Assembly: GCA_048571215.1 (NCBI GenBank)
Contig: CP182352.1
Location: 1,504,001-1,568,000 of the forward strand
Reading direction: 5' to 3'
Origin: Halarcobacter sp.
GTDB taxonomy: Bacteria; Campylobacterota; Campylobacteria; Campylobacterales; Arcobacteraceae
DNA length: 64,000 bases
The translations under genes and the position numbers were made by a program. The stretch's first letter is position 1. Each line of letters opens with the position of its first letter. Below the pieces are notes generated by a model. It was not told the DNA's origin. It made no database searches and was given only the letters and a program-made list of their open reading frames with translations. Positions 1 to 11,400 of this stretch are shown one piece after another.

Positions 1-219
1 TTAATCAAAGAGTATAAATCAATGTACCTAATTGCAACTGGTGGTGCTGCTTATTTAATTTCACAATCTATTAAAGATGCAAAAGTATTGGCATTTGAAG
101 AGATGGGGATGGAAGCTATTTATGAGTTTGAAGTGAAAGATATGCCTGTAACTGTTGCAGTTGATACAGAAGGTACTTCTATTCATACAACAGGTCCTGC
201 AAAATGGAGAACTATCTAA
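1..219 (+). CDS. Class I (Fe-S) fumarate hydratase, C-terminal fragment (5' end outside window)
   Basis: Frame open from base 1 (LIKEYKSMYLIATGGAAYL...MGMEAIYEFEVKDMPVTVAVD), matching the class I fumarase C-terminal domain. Confidence 0.9.
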   Translation, partial: LIKEYKSMYLIATGGAAYLISQSIKDAKVLAFEEMGMEAIYEFEVKDMPVTVAVDTEGTSIHTTGPAKWRTI

Positions 220-226
220 TTTAAAT

Positions 227-255
227 AAAACAAAGGAGTAAATCCTTTGTTTTTT
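227..255 (+). terminator. Rho-independent terminator
   Basis: AAAACAAAGGA-gtaaa-TCCTTTGTTTT stem ending in a T-tract, 7 nt after the stop. Confidence 0.8.
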
Positions 256-373
256 ATAAACTTTTCCCCTTAACTTTAAATCTATCCTATTTTTAAAATT
301 TTTTGATGTATGTTATACTTATTAGATAATAAGCTTCCTTTTTAAATAGGAATCACTTTAAAGGATAACTCTC

Positions 374-1768
374 ATGGATACAAGAATTGAAAAAGATACT
401 ATGGGTGAAGTTGAAGTTGCAAATGACAAATACTGGGGTGCCCAAACCCAAAGAAGTTTACAAAACTTCCCTATTGGGGAAGAGAAAATGCCAAAAGAGA
501 TAATTGAAGCCTTTGCATATTTAAAAAAGGCTTGTGCACTTGCAAACAATCAGCTTGGATACTTAGATGATATAAAAACAAAAGCTATATCACAAGCTTG
601 TGATGAGATTGTATTAAAAAAACTTGATGATAATTTTCCTTTAGTTGTTTGGCAAACAGGTTCTGGAACCCAATCAAATATGAATCTAAATGAAGTTATT
701 GCAAATAAAGCTACTGAAATTTTAGGGAAAGATTTTAGACTTGAAAAACTAATCCATCCAAATGATGATGTAAACAAATCCCAAAGTTCCAATGACACCT
801 ACCCTACTGCCATGAAAATCGCCTTTGTACTTACAATACAAAAAAACCTAATCCCTTCAATAACTAAATTAAAATATACCCTTGAAGAAAAAAGTGTAAA
901 GTTTAGTGAAATAGTAAAAATTGGAAGAACTCACCTGCAAGATGCAACTCCCTTAACACTTGGTCAAGAGATATCAGGATATGTTGAGATGTTAAATAAG
1001 GCTTTGATGCAAATAGAAGATTGTATGAAATACTTATGTGAACTAGCTATTGGGGGAACTGCTGTTGGTACAGGAATCAACTGCCATAAAGATTTTTCAA
1101 ATCTTGTGTGTGATACTTTAAATAATCTAACAAATACAAAATATAGTTTTATCTCCCATCCAAATAAATTTCATGCACTAACATCACATGATGCAGAAGT
1201 TATGTTAAGTGGTGTTTTAAACGCCCTAGCCTCAAATCTAATGAAGATAGCAAACGATATTAGATGGCTCGCATCAGGTCCAAGATGTGGCATAGGTGAA
1301 CTAAATATTCCTGAAAATGAACCTGGAAGTTCTATAATGCCAGGAAAAGTAAATCCAACACAAAGTGAAGCTATGACAATGGTTGCCGTACAAGTTATGG
1401 GAAACCACACAACAATTTCAGTTGCTGCTAGTCAAGGAAATTTTGAACTAAATGTATTTAAACCTGTGATTGCTTACAATATCTTACAATCTATTAAACT
1501 GCTAAGTGATACTATGCTTGCATTTAATGACAACTGTGCTGTTGGTATTGAGCCAAATATGAAAAATATAGAAAAATATCTTAATGATTCTTTGATGTTA
1601 GTAACTGCTCTAAACCCATATATAGGTTATGAAAAAGCTGCACTTATAGCAAAAACAGCCCACAAAAATGGAACTAGCTTAAAACAAGAAGCTATAAACT
1701 TAGGATTCTTAACTAAAGAGGAGTTTGAAAGATATATAAATCCCAAAGATATGACATATCCTAAATAA
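374..1768 (+). CDS. fumC: Class II fumarate hydratase
   Basis: Signature [47 protein letters not shown]. Confidence 0.97.
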   Translation: MDTRIEKDTMGEVEVANDKYWGAQTQRSLQNFPIGEEKMPKEIIEAFAYLKKACALANNQLGYLDDIKTKAISQACDEIVLKKLDDNFPLVVWQTGSGTQSNMNLNEVIANKATEILGKDFRLEKLIHPNDDVNKSQSSNDTYPTAMKIAFVLTIQKNLIPSITKLKYTLEEKSVKFSEIVKIGRTHLQDATPLTLGQEISGYVEMLNKALMQIEDCMKYLCELAIGGTAVGTGINCHKDFSNLVCDTLNNLTNTKYSFISHPNKFHALTSHDAEVMLSGVLNALASNLMKIANDIRWLASGPRCGIGELNIPENEPGSSIMPGKVNPTQSEAMTMVAVQVMGNHTTISVAASQGNFELNVFKPVIAYNILQSIKLLSDTMLAFNDNCAVGIEPNMKNIEKYLNDSLMLVTALNPYIGYEKAALIAKTAHKNGTSLKQEAINLGFLTKEEFERYINPKDMTYPK

Positions 1769-1782
1769 CATAAACTTAATAT

Positions 1783-1815
1783 TTGACAAAGTTTGACAAT
1801 ATGTTTTGATATATT
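1783..1815 (+). promoter_or_regulatory. Direct-repeat box TTGACAA-agt-TTGACAA plus extended -10 (TGaTATATT)
   Basis: 17-mer at 1783-1799, 10 nt spacer, TATATT at 1810-1815; identical 17-mer with identical spacing on the minus strand at 19971-19987. Confidence 0.7.
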
Positions 1816-1849
1816 ACAACCTAAATATATAATATAGGAGTAATATATT

Positions 1850-2461
1850 ATGCAAAACTTATCAATTTTGATAATTGACTTAGAAAATAACCTAAATAAA
1901 AGAGTTGAAAATATACTTAAAACAAATTTTAATAATATATTTTTTGTGAATAATGAAGATAATGTATTAAAAACATATAATCTTCATTATCCAGATATTA
2001 TATTTACAGATTTAAATCCTAATAATTATTTCAATTCTAATTTAATTACAAAAATAAAAGAAAACTGTAGTACTATAGTTATACTACCTGAATTTAAAAC
2101 CTTAGAGCATCTTTTAGAAACAATAAAAAATCATTTACTTAATTACACAATAAACAGATCTCAGATACAAAATAATACTATAATTCAATTGACTAGTGAA
2201 TATAAATGGAACAAACAAGAGAAAATTCTATTTTATTATAATAAAATTGTAAACTTAACATACTATGAAACACTTTTATTAGATAAACTAATTTCGACAC
2301 CTAACTACTGTGTTTCATATGAAGATATAGATTATCATGTATATTCAAATAATGAATTTAGTAAAAATTCATTAAGCTCATTGATTAAAAGATTAAGAAA
2401 AAAAATACCAAGCATATTGATTAAATCGTGTTATAGACAAGGATATAAGATAGTTATATAA
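1850..2461 (+). CDS. OmpR-type winged-helix regulator with degenerate, shortened receiver domain
   Basis: C-terminal wHTH (LTYYETLLL...SLIKRLRKKIP...GYKI); receiver keeps IIFTD but lacks the acidic pair and the conserved KP; RBS AGGAG. Confidence 0.8.
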   Translation: MQNLSILIIDLENNLNKRVENILKTNFNNIFFVNNEDNVLKTYNLHYPDIIFTDLNPNNYFNSNLITKIKENCSTIVILPEFKTLEHLLETIKNHLLNYTINRSQIQNNTIIQLTSEYKWNKQEKILFYYNKIVNLTYYETLLLDKLISTPNYCVSYEDIDYHVYSNNEFSKNSLSSLIKRLRKKIPSILIKSCYRQGYKIVI

Positions 2462-2493
2462 AATCTAGTATTATTTTATACTAGATTTTATAT
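2456..2493. terminator. Probable bidirectional terminator between convergent genes
   Basis: ATATAAAATCTAGTAT / ATACTAGATTTTATAT inverted repeat with a 6-nt loop, overlapping both stop codons. Confidence 0.65.
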
Positions 2494-5400
2494 GCTAATT
2501 TTTTTCTTCTTTTTATCTTCCTGCTTTTTAATTTCTTGATTAACTCCTGAATCTGTATTTTTTCTTGGAGTGTTGTTGCTTGTACCTGAAGGAGTTACAA
2601 ACAATACTGGTTGTTGAGTAGGAGTTGTTAAAGGCAATGTTTGAGGTGAAGTTGCAATTGGATTATTTATAGTAGTAGTTGTTGTCCCTATAACTGATTT
2701 GATATTTGTTGAAGTATCTTTTTTCAAGTTATTTATATTTATCCCTGTGATATAGATTCCATTTGAAGCTTTTGTTGTTAGGAAACCTTCCTTTAAAGAT
2801 ACATCTATTTGTTGAGATGAACTACCAATTGAACCAGTCAATGCCACTAAAGAGATATCCCCTGTGCTTGAAGATAAATTAGCTCCTGAATAATCTTCAA
2901 CTTTTAAAATATTTCCATTTAATGATTCTAAATCAATATTATTAACTGCATTGATAGAATTAATTACTAAATCATCACTAGCAACTATCTTTACATTGTC
3001 AGCTGACATTTTACTTTCTTGGGTTAATTTTCCTAAAGAATTTATTGTAATATTTTTTTGTGCATCGATATTAAAATTACTTATAGAAGCTAAATTTGTT
3101 ATATTTACTGAATCTTTTGTTTTTGCAATTAGCTTAAAACTATTAACAATTGCATTAATATCTCCACTTAAAGTTGATAAACTTACTGTATCACCAGCTT
3201 TTAATACCCCACTATTTTGAACAATTCCATAATATGACTCAAAATCTATATTCCTAGCACTTATATCTCCATTTTGTTCTATATCTGAAGATGCCCTAAC
3301 AACAAAATCCCCTAATAAACTATTACTGTTCAATACTGCTCTATCTGTTGTTAAGTAAATTGAACCATTAGTAGATGAGATAGAATCCTCATTTTGATTA
3401 AAATCTTTTACTTTTAAATTTATATTATTTTCTGCTTGTAGGTTATTTGTACTAGAAGCTTGGTTATTTGTAATATCAATTGAGCCTTGAGATGTAGCAA
3501 CTACATTTGAAGCATTTACATTTGCAACTATATCTAATCCTGCTTCCATATTTAAGTTTGTTGAGTTAACTTCTTTTGCATCTATTGTTAAAGCTTTTAA
3601 GTTTACATCTTGTGCTTTTACACCATTTAGGTTTAATCCCAAATCTGATTCTAAATAAGCCCTATTTTTTGCTTGTGCTTTTATTCTTGCACTATTAGCT
3701 TTAAAGTAATTTGATGATGTTCCTATATCTGCATTTGACGAAACCAATTCTAAAGAGTTTGATCCATTTGTTACAGAGTTTATTTGTGTTATATCATTTA
3801 CTGCTTTTAACACTACATCTTTTGCAATTATATCTCCTGTTTGTAATATTGTTCCATTTGATTGTATTACTAATCTATCTTTTGCTTTCATTGATTTTAT
3901 TGATGCATTATCTACATTTATATCTATTGAACCATTTGTTGCTTCCATAGTTGCATTTACTAATTCTTTTCCTACATACTTAATATCATTTACTGCTTGT
4001 AGGTTATTTGTACTAGAAGCTTGGTTATTTGTAATATCAATTGAGCCTTGAGATGTAGCAACTACATTTGAAGCATTTACATTTGCAACTATATCTAATC
4101 CTGCTTCCATATTTAAGTTTGTTGAGTTAACTTCTTTTGCATCTATTGTTAAAGCTTTTAAGTTTACATCTTGTGCTTTTACACCATTTAGGTTTAATCC
4201 CAAATCTGATTCTAAATAAGCCCTATTTTTTGCTTGTGCTTTTATTCTTGCACTATTAGCTTTAAAGTAATTTGATGATGTTCCTATATCTGCATTTGAC
4301 GAAACCAATTCTAAAGAGTTTGATCCATTTGTTACAGAGTTTATTTGTGTTATATCATTTACTGCTTTTAACACTACATCTTTTGCAATTATATCTCCTG
4401 TTTGTAATATTGTTCCATTTGATTGTATTACTAATCTATCTTTTGCTTTCATTGATTTTATTGATGCATTATCTACATTTATATCTATTGAACCATTTGT
4501 TGCTTCCATAGTTGCATTTACTAATTCTTTTCCTACATACTTAATATCATTTACTGCTGTTAAATCAACTTGACTTGATAGGGCATTATTATTTATATCT
4601 AAATTTATTTTTGAATTTGCAATAAGCTTTGGAGTATCTACCCTTGCAATAATATCTCCATTAACTGCATATAAACTTACTGTATCACCAGCTTTTAATA
4701 CCCCACTATTTTGAACAATTCCATAATATGACTCAAAATCTATATTCCTAGCACTTATATCTCCATTTTGTTCTATATCTGAAGATGCCCTAACAACAAA
4801 ATCCCCTAATAAACTATTACTGTTCAATACTGCTCTATCTGTTGTTAAGTAAATTGAACCATTAGTAGATGAGATAGAATCCTCATTTTGATTAAAATCT
4901 TTTACTTTTAAATTTATATTATTTTCTGCTTGTAGGTTATTTGTACTAGAAGCTTGGTTATTTGTAATATCAATTGAGCCTTGAGATGTAGCAACTACAT
5001 TTGAAGCATTTACATTTGCAACTATATCTAATCCTGCTTCCATATTTAAGTTTGTTGAGTTAACTTCTTTTGCATCTATTGTTAAAGCTTTTAAGTTTAC
5101 ATCTTGTGCTTTTACACCATTTAGGTTTAATCCCAAATCTGATTCTAAATAAGCCCTATTTTTTGCTTGTGCTTTTATTCTTGCACTATTAGCTTTAAAG
5201 TAATTTGATGATGTTCCTATATCTGCATTTGACGAAACCAATTCTAAAGAGTTTGATCCATTTGTTACAGAGTTTATTTGTGTTATATCATTTACTGCTT
5301 TTAACACTACATCTTTTGCAATTATATCTCCTGTTTGTAATATTGTTCCATTTGATTGTATTACTAATCTATCTTTTGCTTTCATTGATTTTATTGATGC

Positions 5401-8400
5401 ATTATCTACATTTATATCTATTGAACCATTTGTTGCTTCCATAGTTGCATTTACTAATTCTTTTCCTACATACTTAATATCATTTACTGCTTGTAGGTTA
5501 TTTGTACTAGAAGCTTGGTTATTTGTAATATCAATTGAGCCTTGAGATGTAGCAACTACATTTGAAGCATTTACATTTGCAACTATATCTAATCCTGCTT
5601 CCATATTTAAGTTTGTTGAGTTAACTTCTTTTGCATCTATTGTTAAAGCTTTTAAGTTTACATCTTGTGCTTTTACACCATTTAGGTTTAATCCCAAATC
5701 TGATTCTAAATAAGCCCTATTTTTTGCTTGTGCTTTTATTCTTGCACTATTAGCTTTAAAGTAATTTGATGATGTTCCTATATCTGCATTTGACGAAACC
5801 AATTCTAAAGAGTTTGATCCATTTGTTACAGAGTTTATTTGTGTTATATCATTTACTGCTTTTAACACTACATCTTTTGCAATTATATCTCCTGTTTGTA
5901 ATATTGTTCCATTTGATTGTATTACTAATCTATCTTTTGCTTTCATTGATTTTATTGATGCATTATCTACATTTATATCTATTGAACCATTTGTTGCTTC
6001 CATAGTTGCATTTACTAATTCTTTTCCTACATACTTAATATCATTTACTGCTGTTAAATCAACTTGACTTGATAGGGCATTATTATTTATATCTAAATTT
6101 ATTTTTGAATTTGCAATAAGCTTTGGAGTATCTACCCTTGCAATAATATCTCCATTAACTGCATATAAACTTACTGTATCACCAGCTTTTAATACCCCAC
6201 TATTTTGAACAATTCCATAATATGACTCAAAATCTATATTCCTAGCACTTATATCTCCATTTTGTTCTATATCTGAAGATGCCCTAACAACAAAATCCCC
6301 TAATAAACTATTACTGTTCAATACTGCTCTATCTGTTGTTAAGTAAATTGAACCATTAGTAGATGAGATAGAATCCTCATTTTGATTAAAATCTTTTACT
6401 TTTAAATTTATATTATTTTCTGCTTGTAGGTTATTTGTACTAGAAGCTTGGTTATTTGTAATATCAATTGAGCCTTGAGATGTAGCAACTACATTTGAAG
6501 CATTTACATTTGCAACTATATCTAATCCTGCTTCCATATTTAAGTTTGTTGAGTTAACTTCTTTTGCATCTATTGTTAAAGCTTTTAAGTTTACATCTTG
6601 TGCTTTTACACCATTTAGGTTTAATCCCAAATCTGATTCTAAATAAGCCCTATTTTTTGCTTGTGCTTTTATTCTTGCACTATTAGCTTTAAAGTAATTT
6701 GATGATGTTCCTATATCTGCATTTGACGAAACCAATTCTAAAGAGTTTGATCCATTTGTTACAGAGTTTATTTGTGTTATATCATTTACTGCTTTTAACA
6801 CTACATCTTTTGCAATTATATCTCCTGTTTGTAATATTGTTCCATTTGATTGTATTACTAATCTATCTTTTGCTTTCATTGATTTTATTGATGCATTATC
6901 TACATTTATATCTATTGAACCATTTGTTGCTTCCATAGTTGCATTTACTAATTCTTTTCCTACATACTTAATATCATTTACTGCTGTTAAATCAACTTGA
7001 CTTGATAGGGCATTATTATCTAAATATGATGAACCATTTGTTGCTTTTGCACTAAAAATATTTGCATTTACTTTAAAATAGTTAGATGAAGAACCAATAT
7101 TTCCATTTGTAGAAACTAATTCAGTAGAATTTGAAGCATCAATTATTGAATTTGTTTGTATCATTTCATTAGCTTTTAACACTACATCTTTTGCAGTTAT
7201 ATCTCCTGTTTGAGATATTGTTCCATTTGCTTGTATATATAATTTCTCTTTTGCATCTACTGTTTTTAATACTGCGTTATCTACTGTTAAACTTATTGAG
7301 CCACTACCTGATTTTATATTATTACTTTGCACAAAATCTTTACCTATATATGTCATATCATTTTTAGAATATAAGGTATTCTGACTTGATTTAGCACTAT
7401 TATTTAAACTTATTGAACCAAGACTAGAACTAGCATCTACATTTTTACTATTTATATTAGCAGTAAAGTCATTTGTTGAACGTACTAAAAGATTCTGAGC
7501 ACTTAGGTTAGTTGCATCAATAGATGATGCTTGTAAACTTACATTGTCACCAATAATACTAGATATTGAAAAACCAACTGGATTAGAAAAAGAATATTCA
7601 GATAGATAGATATCTTTACCAATTGCTGAAATATCTTTTGTAGCATCAATAACTATTGAACCCCCACTATTTGATCCTATATTACCATTTGATGCAATTA
7701 AATTAATATTACCACTTTTAATCATTGAACCATTTGATTCAATACCAGCTGTACTTAAAATATTTAAGGTACCATTTCCATTATCAATATTTTTTGTTAA
7801 ATTAGTTTTTACATTTTGAGTATTTGTAATATTAATAATTCCATTGTTTTGACCAAGTTTATTAAATTCAATATTTTGATTTCCTGTTAAATAACCATTT
7901 AATAAATCAATATCTTGTCCATCTAAGGTAAAACTAGCATTATTTTTACTATTTGTTATAGAACCTAAAGATAAATCTCTTAGAGTATTATTTTGTATAT
8001 CTATAGTTGGTGTTCCATCAAATAAAGAGATAGTTCCACTTCCTAGTAAACTACCATCATCAAAACTAATAGAAAAGTGCCCACCTGAAGTAGAAATATC
8101 TTTTAATTGTATCTTATCTGCTGTAGCACTTTCAACATATGAATTACCAGCTAAAGTATTTTCAGATAATTGTATATATTTTGCTTGAGCTCCACTTGTA
8201 ATTGTTGCATTGTCAAAATAAACATCAATCTTATTATCTACACTTATATCAATATCTCCAAAAGCACTTAAATTCTTTATACTATTTCTTGTAGGTATAT
8301 TCCCCACTCCTATATAATTTCCTTGTGCATCAAACACTGTATACTTTCTTGTGTCATACATATCAAGAAATAAATCTTCTTTTGATTCCATACTCAATAT

Positions 8401-11400
8401 ATTTATATTTGCAGTTGTATTCGCATCATAATTGTCAGTTGTAATCCCTTTAATACCAATTATTGATTTACCTCCACTATATGTTCTTACAGTTGGTGTA
8501 ATAATTCCATCAATATACATATTTAAATACCATACATCAATATCACCATTATATGCATCTAATTCATAATTAGTTGCTAAAGGTACACCAAAAGTATTGT
8601 GTTGATAAATACTTCCATAATCATTTGTCACTTTAAGCAATCCACCAGCGACTGAAATATCACCAAAGTGTACATCAGAATATCCATGATTTTCTACGAT
8701 AAAAGATGGTTTTATATTATCTACTATTGAATTATTAATAGTATAACTTGGCTGACTATTATCAATTGTTGTTATATCTACAGTAGGTTGGTTTGTACTT
8801 ACATCTAAATTAAAATTATCAATAGCTAAATTATAATCAGAATTATTAACAATCTTAACCTCTGGATATAAATTTCCCATAAAATTAACTGGCGAACCAA
8901 TTGTTATATTTTGAGCTTTTAAAATTGGAGCATTAATTGTAAATATATTACTACCCTCATAATTTAAACCTGATAATCTAATATATCCACTACTATCAGG
9001 TATATATGAGGCTTGAGTAGATTGACCATTTGTATCAAATATGATTGTTTTTGGAGTTGTTAGTAGATTTATTGCACCATTTAAACTAATAAATTCATTA
9101 TCGGTATATGGATTATAATCACCATTATAATACCCTATACATACACCATTTAAACAATTTTTTTCATTTTCATTACTTTGTAGAGTTGAAGATACATTAG
9201 TTTTATCATTATTAACATTAATACTTCTTCCAGAAATAGTTGAAGAATTACTCGTCATAATATACTGGGTATCTTTTACATGATTTACACCAAAACTCCA
9301 GCTACCATCAACTACTACCATAGTTCCTCCAACATTTGCTTTACTAACTGCTCTTTCAGAATTGATTAGTGTAGTCATGTTAAGATTGTTTTCAGCTGTT
9401 AATTCAGTATTATCAGCATATACAGTATTATAAATTTTAGATATTAAATATGATTCAGCAGTTCGTGGTCCCCCTGCACTGTTCATATAGCTATAATTAT
9501 TAGAATATAAATCAATATAATTAATAAGTGACTTTGTATTAATGTTTAATGCATCTATTTTTGCACCGTAAAGATAAATATTATTATCCATATTCGCAGA
9601 AAGCTCAGTTTTTACTTTATTACTTCCCACTACTGATAAATCTACATTTGAACTATTGTCTGCATTTACTTTAAACTGACCTGATATTGATAATATATTT
9701 ACATCTCCATTTAATGCTTTTAATTCAAGTGTAGGTGTAGTTGAATCGTCAGTTAGGATAATATTTGAAAGATCTGTTACATCAATATTTGTAGTATATG
9801 TTGGAAATGCAGCTAGTGCTATAGTAACGTCACCATCCTCTACAGTATTAATTGAAAGAACTCTATTTGTTCTTATATCAATGTTACCACTATTTGAAGT
9901 TAATTTTGAACCATTACCAATCCTATTTACTAAAGTTCCATTAACCACTTCATTAATATTAACTATTCCTCCTGCAGCAACTCCTATTAGTGCCCCATTT
10001 GCAGTTAGTGCATGTGCAATATCATTTTCTGATTTTATATTTAAATCTTTTTCAGTAGTTATTATTGAATTTTTACCTACTTTTGTATTATTGTCATAAT
10101 TTAAATTATTATCAATATATGAACCTCCTAATCCTATAGCACCACCAGCTGCTACTTGTGTATCAACGACAGAATAAGATCTAAAAAAAGAATTTAAATC
10201 TAACTTATTAGCTTGAATAATTGTATCATCATCAATAGATGCAGTTGTAGTAAAGTTTAAATTAGAAACAGATACACTTCCACCTGCACCAATTAAAGCA
10301 CCACCTGCCGTTCCACCAACTTTTGTATAATTTCTTGCTATATTATTAGCTAACACTTTTACATTACCATTGTTTGCATAAACGTTTGCATTTTTTTCAA
10401 TTGTTGCTGAAACTTTTTGAGTAGGTGTAGTTGTACTAAAAGCATCATCTACTGATAAACTGTTAGTTTTATTATCAAGAGCAGTTTGAGTAATAGTTGA
10501 ATGACCATGAGAACCTAGATTATTCCCAACAGATGAAGAAGTAAGATTATTATTAGCCTGTGATAATACAGTTTCTCCACTATTTGAAGGACTCATTGCA
10601 CTTTGTGCATTTGAAGATAATGCAGAATTAATATTTAGTATAGATACAGCACCTGCAACTCCACCTATAAAACCTCCCGAATAAGCACTAATTTGATTAC
10701 TAATAAACTTATCAGAATCAGCTGATACAGTTACACCTTTTTTAGCATAAACTTCACTATTTTCTCCAAGTGTTGCTTCAACATTATTTTTAATTGTATT
10801 TAGCTCTATTGATGCACCTACACCTGCACCAGCACCAAAAGCTGCTGTACCTATATTATCAGTAATAGAAATAGCACTTTTACTATCAATCAAAAATGTA
10901 GAATTGTCACTGTTACTAGATTTATTTACAGTCATTGTTTCAGTGCTATCATTTGTAGTATCTAACAAAGTATATGCTTTTGAATCTATATCTAAATAGT
11001 TTACTACTACAGTTCCTGCAAGACCTGCATATAAACCTAATGCACCTGTCATTCCTGTTTGGTCTAAAGTTGTATTAGTATTAGATTTGATTGACATATC
11101 TCTTTTTGCTTTCAAATCACTATTTTTTACATATGCACTATTTTTATTTGTAATTGTGTTTACTAAAACTGTACCCCCTGCTCCAACAGAACCAGCAGCA
11201 GCGGTACCTAACCATTGTACAATATTTGCAGTTTCATTTGCATCTACTATCAAATCTTTATCACTAACTACATTAGAGTTATCTATATATGCTTTATTTT
11301 TATTATTTATATATGTAACTTGTACATTACCAGCTACACCTGCAGTAAGACCCGCTGCACCTGCTACAATATTATTTTCAATATTTTCATTAGCTATACT

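Noticed and set aside
1783..1799. TTGACA as an ordinary sigma70 -35 element
   Set aside because: Spacing to the nearest -10 is 11 or 21 nt at both copies, and the tandem duplication fits an operator better; not fully excluded without TSS data
3711..6938. Five identical 79-aa plus-strand ORFs
   Set aside because: Antisense shadows of the TpsA A-repeat; no RBS or independent evidence
3177..7019. Repeat array as CRISPR or insertion sequence
   Set aside because: Units are 372-561 bp, in frame within a CDS, with no unique spacers, cas genes, terminal repeats or transposase
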